Below are positions 37,313-45,299 of a stretch of DNA of 64,000 nt, piece by piece; the first letter of the stretch is position 1; each line of letters begins with the position of its first letter. The stretch is taken from positions 69,724 through 133,723 of the forward strand of contig JAHDXH010000002.1 of the NCBI GenBank assembly GCA_023382875.1. The letters run 5' to 3'. A model generated the notes under the pieces. It saw only the letters and a program-made list of their open reading frames with translations. It had not been told where the DNA came from and did not search any database. Source of the DNA: Patescibacteria group bacterium. Its GTDB lineage: Bacteria; Patescibacteriota; Microgenomatia; UBA1400; PJMF01. The position numbers and the translations under genes are program-made.

Positions 37313-38599
37313 ATGTCAGTCAAACCATCCCATATTTTGGGACACAATGCCAGAAATACCTATACAAAGCTCAATACTTTTGCAGCTAAAAAATACGGTT
37401 TTTCTAAATTAAGAACCAAAGAATTACTTCGCGAGCACAACATTCCCACTGCTAGTGTCTATCATATTTTTGAATCAATTAACGATGTCCAAGAAGTTAA
37501 CTGGAACAACTTTCCATTACCTTTCGTCGTTAAACCAGCTTCGGGTAGTGCGGGCAAAGGCATTGTTTTGTTAATCAAAAAAACTGCAGATGGTAAAAGT
37601 TGGATTGATAATGAAGGTCATGAGTGGAGTAGAGAAGATTTAAACCTTCATGTATCTAACATTCTTGATGGGGAGTTCAGTACTTGGGGTGAGAATCACA
37701 AAGCAATTGTGGAGGAAATGATTACACCTCATCCTGCCTTAGCTAAGTATGCTTATAGAGGTACTCCAGATATTAGAGTGGTGGTTTTCAATAGTGTGCC
37801 TGTGATGGCAATGACCAGAATCCCTACTAAAATGTCTCAAGGCAAGGCTAATTTGGATTTGGGTGCGATTGGATTGGGTATCGATATGGCCACAGGTGTA
37901 ACGACTTATGGGGTTAGTGGGAAAGCAGAAAAAATTACTCACTTTCCCAATTCCAAGAAAAAAGTTAACGGTATTCTAATTCCAATGTGGAGCAGAGTTT
38001 TGGAAGTAGCAGTTCAAGCTGCTAACGCTGCTGGCTATACCTTCATGGGAGCTGATCTTTTTATCCATCAAGAAAAGGGTCCAATGATTGTGGAGCTTAA
38101 CGGTTTTCCTGGTCTATCAATTCAGTTGGCCAATCGAGCTGGACTTAAAAAAAGATTGGATAGAGTAGAAGGTATTGAAGTTCGAGACGCCAAGCATGGT
38201 GTGAAAATTGCCCAAGCTTTATTTGCAGAAAATTTTGCTGACAAAATTAAAATTGAAGAGGGGCTCAAAATTATTTCTACCAATCCCACTGTTTCAGTTC
38301 ATGGTGATGACAAGAAATGGTATTCGGCCGAAGGCAGAGTCAACACTGGTCGTTATCGTTCGGCTATTTCAGAGGATTTGGCTGACCAGTTGGGCCTAGT
38401 CGATATCGAGGACTTACTATGGAGACAGCAAGAAGGTTTGGAGGGTAAGTTGCCAGTTGTTGAAGTACAATTCAGTCTCAAGGGTGTTAAACATAACACG
38501 GCTATGGTGGTGACTAAATCGCTTAATAAAACCAAGTATCAGGTGGAGCTGGGACGAAGAGATCTCCAGGGTTATTTGATTGGTGAAATTGAAAGTTAG
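37313..38599 (+). CDS. ATP-grasp amino-acid ligase (alpha-L-glutamate ligase-like / ATPgrasp_ST) with a C-terminal retropepsin-like domain
   Basis: ILGHNARN, VVKPASGSAGKGI, PDIRVVV, ANLDLGA, GAD..ELNGFPGLSIQLAN; C-terminal VNTGRYRS...LGRRDL. Confidence 0.85.
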   Translation: MSVKPSHILGHNARNTYTKLNTFAAKKYGFSKLRTKELLREHNIPTASVYHIFESINDVQEVNWNNFPLPFVVKPASGSAGKGIVLLIKKTADGKSWIDNEGHEWSREDLNLHVSNILDGEFSTWGENHKAIVEEMITPHPALAKYAYRGTPDIRVVVFNSVPVMAMTRIPTKMSQGKANLDLGAIGLGIDMATGVTTYGVSGKAEKITHFPNSKKKVNGILIPMWSRVLEVAVQAANAAGYTFMGADLFIHQEKGPMIVELNGFPGLSIQLANRAGLKKRLDRVEGIEVRDAKHGVKIAQALFAENFADKIKIEEGLKIISTNPTVSVHGDDKKWYSAEGRVNTGRYRSAISEDLADQLGLVDIEDLLWRQQEGLEGKLPVVEVQFSLKGVKHNTAMVVTKSLNKTKYQVELGRRDLQGYLIGEIES

Positions 38600-38610
38600 A
38601 ACTATTTTCT

Positions 38611-39576
38611 ATGTTAACTTTGGCCAAATTAGTTCCAATCAACTTGGAATCGGAAAAACAAAGATTTTTTGCCGAAAATGGTAACTATAATCCTCAGTTT
38701 GAGTATGAAGAGAATTTTCATTCTGACGAGCTCTTGGTTCATGGTTTGCCCGAAAAGGACTTGTCAGCTTTAGCCGACAAGATTGTTCATGAAGATGTGG
38801 CTGTACAATTAGCAGCAGATGCTAAAGAAAAAGTTGACGGACTTTTATCTCAGGAAGCGGTGACTAAAAAGGTGGAAGCCTTTTTGCAATTACACGACTT
38901 AGCAGAGCGGTATTCCATTACGTGGTCGAGCAGTTTTGTTGCGAGAACTTCAATTACGGCTACAAATATTAAGCTAAGAATTCCGGCTGCCTTTAGAAGC
39001 CAAGAAGATTTGTTAGGTATGCTTTATCATGAGGTAGGCACTCATGCTTTGCGCCGAGTTAATTATGAAAAACAACCTTGGTTCAAAAAGAAAAAACAAT
39101 TTGGTTTTGGCAGTTATTTGAGAACTGAAGAAGGTTTGGCCAGCTTGCATTCACTTTTGCCCTTAAAAAATAAATCAGCTTATGGTTCAGCGCTGAGGTA
39201 TTTGGCGGTCGCTCATGCTCAAAAAGAAGGGTTTGCTGACACTTATAAATTTGTTAGTCAGTACGTTGATGATCCAGAGCGACGTTGGGCTATTACCTTC
39301 AAGCAAAAAAGAGGGTTGACCGATACTAGTTTGCCCGGTGGTTATACCAAAGATTTGGTCTATTTTGCAGGCTTAGTGGAAGTGTGGCGTTATTTAAACG
39401 AGCGCAACTTTGAAGTCGATGGTCTCTATTTTGGTAAGTTGGCCAAAGAAGACGTGGAAAAAGCTAAGGAAATAAATCCCGCTTTTGAACCATTGTTGCC
39501 AAGTTTTTATGTTGCTGATAAAGATAATTATCGCCTAAAAATGCAAGAAATTGGTCAAATTAACCATTTGTTTTAG
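38611..39576 (+). CDS. DUF1704 / MATCAP-like zinc metallocarboxypeptidase
   Basis: YNPQFEY, HEVGTH (HExxxH), TEEGLASLHS, KRGLTDTSLPG, KDLVY. Confidence 0.9.
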   Translation: MLTLAKLVPINLESEKQRFFAENGNYNPQFEYEENFHSDELLVHGLPEKDLSALADKIVHEDVAVQLAADAKEKVDGLLSQEAVTKKVEAFLQLHDLAERYSITWSSSFVARTSITATNIKLRIPAAFRSQEDLLGMLYHEVGTHALRRVNYEKQPWFKKKKQFGFGSYLRTEEGLASLHSLLPLKNKSAYGSALRYLAVAHAQKEGFADTYKFVSQYVDDPERRWAITFKQKRGLTDTSLPGGYTKDLVYFAGLVEVWRYLNERNFEVDGLYFGKLAKEDVEKAKEINPAFEPLLPSFYVADKDNYRLKMQEIGQINHLF

Positions 39577-40420
39577 TTAAAAACTTCATGATTTCTTGAA
39601 CCACATCGATATTGGTGCAGGCTTCAAAGCCTTTATATTGCGGGCTGCGATTAACTTCCATCACTGACCACTGTTGACTCTTTTGGTCAAAAATTAAATC
39701 GACACCAGCAATATCGTAACCAACAGCTTTGGCAGCTAAAACAGCTAATTTTGATAGTTCATCATTGAGTGGATATTCCTCAGCACTACCACCCAAGGAA
39801 ACATTATTGCGGAATTCTTCTGGATCGTTGCTGCTTCTTTTTATGGCTGCCAATGGTTTTGAGCCAATGACAATCACTCTTAGATCGCCATCATTGGGTA
39901 GGAAGGGTTCAAAAACTAAAACTTCATCGTTGTATTCTTCGACGACTTTTTGCGCTTCTTCTTTAGTTTTACACAAGAAAACACCTTTGCCTTGGTTGAG
40001 TGCGCCTCTTTTGATAATAAGGGGATATGAAGTGTTGGTACTTCGCCCAGTCTCACCAACTGCCACCACTGATGGGACGATGGGTAAGCCATGTCGACTC
40101 AGTTCAAAAAGCTCATAGCTTTTGCTGTCAATCCAACTTAAACCGTTTTCTAGAACTTGGTCGAAAACAGCAATTTGGTGGAGTTTGGCATACTTGGCAA
40201 TTAAAGTAGCTATCTCTTCTCGACCACTTAAGGTTCTCAAATAAATGGCGTCAAAATTGGTCAAATCCTGACCCTTAACTTGAATTGTTATTTCTTTATT
40301 CAAGTTAACAACTACTTCTTTGTAGTTGGCCAAAGTAACGTGATGACCCATTTTTTCGCCTTCAGTTTGGTAGCGAGTGGTAGTAGGTCGATTAAATTTT
40401 TCCAGAATCAATATTTGCAT
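39560..40420 (-). CDS. RimK/LysX-family ATP-grasp alpha-L-glutamate ligase
   Basis: YPLIIK, QGKGV, DLRVIVIG, FRNNVSLGG, AGVDL, EVNRSP; start moved to ATG 40420. Confidence 0.9.
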   Translation of the reverse strand: MQILILEKFNRPTTTRYQTEGEKMGHHVTLANYKEVVVNLNKEITIQVKGQDLTNFDAIYLRTLSGREEIATLIAKYAKLHQIAVFDQVLENGLSWIDSKSYELFELSRHGLPIVPSVVAVGETGRSTNTSYPLIIKRGALNQGKGVFLCKTKEEAQKVVEEYNDEVLVFEPFLPNDGDLRVIVIGSKPLAAIKRSSNDPEEFRNNVSLGGSAEEYPLNDELSKLAVLAAKAVGYDIAGVDLIFDQKSQQWSVMEVNRSPQYKGFEACTNIDVVQEIMKFLTKTNG

Positions 40421-40477
40421 GCGCGTATTATATCGAAAATTTCGTTTATATAGTGACAATCTTGGTATAATACCCCT

Positions 40478-41575
40478 ATGGAAAGAAAAAAAGTCGCCTT
40501 GGGAATGTCAGGCGGAGTTGATTCATCACTTTGTGCCCACCTGCTTAGAGAGCAGGGTTTTGAGGTGACTGGCGTTTATTTAGAGTGTTGGCGAGCTCCG
40601 GGTTGTCGAAGTGAGGAGGATCGCAAAGATGCGCTCCAAGTGGCTTTGTCATTAAATTTGCCGTTCAAAGTTTTAGATTTCAAACAAGCCTATCGGGACC
40701 GTGTGGTTGAATATTTTTTTAATGAATATGAAGCTGGCCGTACTCCAAATCCAGATGTCATGTGCAACAAAGAAATTAAGTTTGGCTTGTTTTATGACTG
40801 GGCAATGGAAAATGGTTTTGACTATGTGGCAACTGGTCACTATGCAAAGTCAGAAGCAGGACTTTTAAAAATTCCTAAGGATCAGCACAAAGATCAAACA
40901 TATTTTTTGTGCCAATTAACCAAAGATCAAGTCGAACATACGCTTTTCCCGTTGGCTAATATCTTGAAAGATGACGTGAGAAAAGAAGCTAAACTAAGGA
41001 ACCTTCATGTTAGTGATAAAAAAGATTCTGTAGGAATTTGTTTTATTGGCGACATTAATGTTCACGAGTTTTTGCATGAAAGATTGGGTGAAAATCCAGG
41101 AGAGGTTATTAATACCAAGGGTGAAGTGATTGGCCGACACGAGGGTTTGTGGTTTTACACCATTGGTCAACGTCATGGTTTTGAAATTGATAAGAAAACT
41201 GTGGTTAAACTTGATAACGGTGAGACCATTATTAAACAAAATATTCCACCTTTTTATGTGATCAAAAAGTTGCCAGCTACCAATCAGTTGGTTGTGGGTT
41301 TTGGCGCTGAAACTTATGCCGATGAGTTGAGAGTGACTCAGTTACATTGGATTGATGATAATATGGCAGAATCAATTTTAGAAAAAAATTTAATGGTCAG
41401 AATTAGACATACGGGCAAGCTGATTGATTGTAGTTTGGTTAGAAACGAAGATGATACTTGGTTGGCCAAACTATCAGAGCCAACCAAGGGAATTGCTGAA
41501 GGTCAGGCTGCAGTTTTTTATCATCAAGGTGATGATGGAGTTGTTTGCTTGGGTGGTGGAATTATCTCCTCATAG
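40478..41575 (+). CDS. mnmA: tRNA-specific 2-thiouridylase MnmA
   Basis: MSGGVDSS, TPNPDVMCN, ATGHY, KDQTYFL, GICFIG. Confidence 0.97.
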   Translation: MERKKVALGMSGGVDSSLCAHLLREQGFEVTGVYLECWRAPGCRSEEDRKDALQVALSLNLPFKVLDFKQAYRDRVVEYFFNEYEAGRTPNPDVMCNKEIKFGLFYDWAMENGFDYVATGHYAKSEAGLLKIPKDQHKDQTYFLCQLTKDQVEHTLFPLANILKDDVRKEAKLRNLHVSDKKDSVGICFIGDINVHEFLHERLGENPGEVINTKGEVIGRHEGLWFYTIGQRHGFEIDKKTVVKLDNGETIIKQNIPPFYVIKKLPATNQLVVGFGAETYADELRVTQLHWIDDNMAESILEKNLMVRIRHTGKLIDCSLVRNEDDTWLAKLSEPTKGIAEGQAAVFYHQGDDGVVCLGGGIISS

Positions 41576-41589
41576 TTTATAATGACTTT

Positions 41590-42648
41590 GTGTCATTAAA
41601 ACTTTTTTTAAAAGCACAATTATTCGTTCTATTTTTTCTAAGCATTTTCTTTGGTTTGACTGCTCTTGGTTTGGGTGCGATTGCTTATGGTAAATTCCGC
41701 CAGTTTTCTGCTGCTTCTGGACTCTCTTTGACTCAAGTTAAAGACATTGTAAAGCAGGGTTGGAATCAAACTCCTACATCCACCAATGGTCGCGTTAGCT
41801 TTTTGATTTTGGGCTTGGATAGTTTGAAAACTAGGGGAGATGTGCCACCCCTTACAGACACCATGATGATGGTTAGTCTTAATCTTGCTAATGGCCAAAT
41901 TAACACTTTATCTTTCCCCAGAGATCTTTGGCATGAAGGTTATCAAACCAGAATTAATGCCTTATATTTCTATGGTCAAGAGCGATATCCCGATCATCCA
42001 GAGCAATTCTCTAAAGAAGTTTTGTCAGAAATGACTGGTGTGCCTATTCATTACACGGTCGTGCTTTCGTTTGAGCAAGTTAGTCAACTCATTGACTTAC
42101 TGGGTGGGGTAGAGATTGATGTGCCGACAGCCTTTATGGATGAGAGCTTTCCTCGCACAGATGTGGATGTGACCGTTGTGAAAGATCCTAAACTTCTTTA
42201 TAAAACTGTATCCTTTGCTCAAGGAAAGCAAGTTATGTCAGGTGAAAAAGCTTTAGAGTATATGCGCTCTCGTAAAAGCGGTGACGATGAAGGAACTGAC
42301 GTGGCCAGAGGAGCAAGGCAGCAGTTAGTTTTGGATTCAGTGTTGGCCAAATTAAAACAAAAGAACACTTTGACTAATCCACAGTTATTAGGCAATATTT
42401 ATAAATATTACGAACAAAATTTCTCAAGTGTTGTAGGTCCAAGTGAGGTAGTATCTTTGGTTAAGGCACTTTATCCGGTAAGAAATCAAATAGTGACCAC
42501 CAATCATAATGTTAGTATTTACCCTGATGACGAAGCGGGGGTGATTTTTCACCCTGAGCCTAGAAAATATAAAGGTGAGTGGATTTATGTGATTAAGGAA
42601 GCTCAGTTGTTTATGTCGTTTGTTCAAGATAAATTGGGTATTAAATAA
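41590..42648 (+). CDS. LCP (LytR-CpsA-Psr) family glycopolymer transferase
   Basis: N-terminal TM; LILGLD, TDTMM, SFPRD, RINA, YMRSR, RGARQQ; GTG start at 41590. Confidence 0.9.
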   Translation: MSLKLFLKAQLFVLFFLSIFFGLTALGLGAIAYGKFRQFSAASGLSLTQVKDIVKQGWNQTPTSTNGRVSFLILGLDSLKTRGDVPPLTDTMMMVSLNLANGQINTLSFPRDLWHEGYQTRINALYFYGQERYPDHPEQFSKEVLSEMTGVPIHYTVVLSFEQVSQLIDLLGGVEIDVPTAFMDESFPRTDVDVTVVKDPKLLYKTVSFAQGKQVMSGEKALEYMRSRKSGDDEGTDVARGARQQLVLDSVLAKLKQKNTLTNPQLLGNIYKYYEQNFSSVVGPSEVVSLVKALYPVRNQIVTTNHNVSIYPDDEAGVIFHPEPRKYKGEWIYVIKEAQLFMSFVQDKLGIK

Positions 42649-42848
42649 TGAAAAAGTATTTAAGTGAAAAGAATTTAATTCGAAGTTTGTTAGTCTTGAT
42701 CGTGTTGTTGGCATTGGGGGCTGGTTATTATCACGCCAAGTATGAAGCAGAAAAACTCAAATACTTGAGATTAGAAGATAAATTCGTTAGAGTAAGGGGA
42801 CAGTTGGGTCGTGAGGAGACACAAAGACTTATCGACGACTCTTATTAG
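42648..42848 (+). CDS. Small hypothetical membrane protein
   Basis: 66 aa, one TM, coupled to the LCP stop. Confidence 0.6.
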   Translation: MKKYLSEKNLIRSLLVLIVLLALGAGYYHAKYEAEKLKYLRLEDKFVRVRGQLGREETQRLIDDSY

Positions 42849-42856
42849 AAATAAAT

Positions 42857-43879
42857 ATGACAAAACAAACACTTTTAGTTACAGGCGGAGCAGGTTTTAT
42901 TGGTTCAAACTTCGTTCACTATTGGATGAAGAAAAATCCTCAAGATACCATTATCAACTTAGATGCTTTGACTTACGCTGGTAATAGGGAGTCACTTGCT
43001 GACCTCGAAGGTCAACAAAATCATGTGTTTGTGGAGGGTAATATTATTGACCGCGAGTTGGTTAATAAAATTATGGCTGATGTTGATACGGTGGTCCATT
43101 TTGCCGCTGAATCACATGTCGATCGTTCGATTCTAAATCCAGACATTTTCTTGGAAACCAATGTGATGGGTACTCAAGTTTTACTTGATGCAGCCTTGAA
43201 AAACAAGGTCAAACGCTTCCATCATATCTCTACTGATGAGGTTTTTGGTTCTTTAGAACTTGGTAGTAGTGAAAAATTCAATGAGCACACTCCCTATGAT
43301 CCAAGAAGTCCATATTCAGCCGCCAAGGCTGGATCTGACCATTTGGTCAGGGCTTATGGTGAAACTTATGGATTGCCTTTTACTTTGACTAACTGTTCTA
43401 ATAACTATGGTGAATACCACTTCCCAGAAAAGCTTTTCCCTTTGGCTATTACTAATTTGATCGATGGTTTGAAAGTGCCAGTGTATGGTGATGGTTTGAA
43501 TGTTCGCGATTGGTTGTATGTTCAAGATCACTGTTCGGCAATTGATAGAGTTTTGACTGATGGCAAGGACGGTGAGACATACTTGATTGGTGGTTTGACC
43601 AAAGATATTTCCAATTTGGAAGTTGTTAAAATGATTTTGAGCTTGATGAATAAATCCGAAGCAGAAATTGAATTCATCGCTGATCGAAAGGGTCATGACC
43701 GTCGTTATTCAGTTGATTGGACTAAGATTAATCGTGAGCTGGGTTGGGAGCCAAGCGTAGATTTGGAAGAAGGTTTGCGAAGAACTATCGCTTGGTATGA
43801 AAATAATCAAGCTTGGTGGAGACCACTTAAAGAACAAGCAAAAGACTTTTTCAAAGCTAACTATAAAAAAGAAAACTAA
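42857..43879 (+). CDS. rfbB: dTDP-glucose 4,6-dehydratase
   Basis: TGGAGFIGS, HFAAESHVDRSI, STDEV, YSAAK, RKGHDRRY. Confidence 0.97.
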   Translation: MTKQTLLVTGGAGFIGSNFVHYWMKKNPQDTIINLDALTYAGNRESLADLEGQQNHVFVEGNIIDRELVNKIMADVDTVVHFAAESHVDRSILNPDIFLETNVMGTQVLLDAALKNKVKRFHHISTDEVFGSLELGSSEKFNEHTPYDPRSPYSAAKAGSDHLVRAYGETYGLPFTLTNCSNNYGEYHFPEKLFPLAITNLIDGLKVPVYGDGLNVRDWLYVQDHCSAIDRVLTDGKDGETYLIGGLTKDISNLEVVKMILSLMNKSEAEIEFIADRKGHDRRYSVDWTKINRELGWEPSVDLEEGLRRTIAWYENNQAWWRPLKEQAKDFFKANYKKEN

Positions 43880-43882
43880 GAT

Positions 43883-44767
43883 ATGAACGAAGGTGTCGTT
43901 GGTTCAGTAATTACGACTGGTCTGAGCGGACTAGTTGGTTCGAAGTTTGAACAGTTATTTTCTGACAAATATAGTTTTGATCGCATGGATGCATCTTCCA
44001 AAGAGAATCCGATCGATATTACTAACTTTTCCCAAGTCATGGAAGTTTTCCAAAAGTCTTCTGCCAAGAGTGTCGTTCACTTGGCCGCCTATACTAATGT
44101 AACGGGCGCTTGGGAACAGACTGATGATAAAACTGGTCCTGCTTATTTAGTTAATGTTGAAGGCACTAAAAATATTGTTAGGGCTTGTGAAGAAACGGGC
44201 AAGCATCTAATTCACGTTTCGACTGCCTATGTTTTTAATGGTGAAAATGATGGTTTATATCTAGAAACTGATTCAATGTCACCAATTGAGTGGTATGGTC
44301 AAACTAAGGCATGGGCTGAAGAAGTTGTTTCTAGTTCCAAAACTCCTTGGACTATTTTTAGAATAGATCAGCCTTTTCGCTCCGATTCATTTCCCAAAGT
44401 TGATGTGGTGCACAAGATTATTAATGGCTTGAATGAGGGTACTCTTTATCCGCAATTTACTGACCATTTCTTTGGCCCGACTTTTATTGATGACTTCGCT
44501 AAAGTCATTGATTGGTCTATCAGAACTCAAACTACTGGCTTGTTTCATGCTAGCTCTGGTGAAAAATGGTCTGACTTTGACTTTTCAACATTGATTAAAG
44601 AAACTCATGGCTTGAATGGTGAAGTTAAGGCGGGCATGCTTAGCGATTATCTCAAAACCTTAGTAAGACCTTATCAGCGCAATACGGCTTTGAACAGTGA
44701 AAAACTCCGTAGCGCATTAGATTTTTCTTTGCTGCCAATCAGTGAGGCAATAAAATTGGTTAAATAG
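43883..44767 (+). CDS. rfbD: dTDP-4-dehydrorhamnose reductase-like SDR
   Basis: TGLSGLVG, HLAAYTNV, STAYVF, YGQTK. Confidence 0.82.
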   Translation: MNEGVVGSVITTGLSGLVGSKFEQLFSDKYSFDRMDASSKENPIDITNFSQVMEVFQKSSAKSVVHLAAYTNVTGAWEQTDDKTGPAYLVNVEGTKNIVRACEETGKHLIHVSTAYVFNGENDGLYLETDSMSPIEWYGQTKAWAEEVVSSSKTPWTIFRIDQPFRSDSFPKVDVVHKIINGLNEGTLYPQFTDHFFGPTFIDDFAKVIDWSIRTQTTGLFHASSGEKWSDFDFSTLIKETHGLNGEVKAGMLSDYLKTLVRPYQRNTALNSEKLRSALDFSLLPISEAIKLVK

Positions 44768-44768
44768 C

Positions 44769-44800
44769 AATTCGCCGCCCTTTGGGAGCGGCGGCGAAAA
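44769..44800. terminator. GC-rich hairpin terminator between convergent genes
   Basis: TTCGCCGCC...GGCGGCGAA followed by an A run (U tail on the minus strand). Confidence 0.75.
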
Positions 44801-44817
44801 GTGTAATGATGTTGCTA

Positions 44818-45207
44818 TCAGTGAATTGGTTCTTCGTAGAACAAATGAAAGATAGTGTGTGGTTTACCGCGATACCAGAACGTGATTTTTTGTGGTTTCC
44901 CCTCAATATCAAGGATTCCTAAATCAGGTTCCAGCGTCATTGGTAAATCGCTGTTTTGTGACCACTGCCATTTATAGTGTTCGCTGATGTTTCGTACATC
45001 AAAAGCAAGCTTGCCTTTGACTGAAACCTCGACATGCCCCAGCAGTGGCATTGTGGGTGGCATATCGTACTCTCCGACAAAGTAGCACTCAGGAAAATGC
45101 CGAAGCATGTCGCTGGGGTCTACGCATAGGAGTTGGTCTCTCATATCGCCTCTGCAGGCAATAACGGGAGCCAAAGCTATCCAATCCGTACCAAAGAGAG
45201 GGATCAA
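44818..45207 (-). CDS. Hypothetical protein (GC-richer orphan)
   Basis: 129 aa ORF with TTG start, AGAAAGG SD, upstream TGtTATAAT and a downstream terminator. Confidence 0.6.
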   Translation of the reverse strand: MIPLFGTDWIALAPVIACRGDMRDQLLCVDPSDMLRHFPECYFVGEYDMPPTMPLLGHVEVSVKGKLAFDVRNISEHYKWQWSQNSDLPMTLEPDLGILDIEGKPQKITFWYRGKPHTIFHLFYEEPIH

Positions 45208-45299
45208 GCTCTAACCTTTCTTGTGTGGCTTACGCCCGAATTGAGAAAATGCTCGTATATTATAACATTTTTGTCCCATAATTTGGTAGAATAGCGCCC

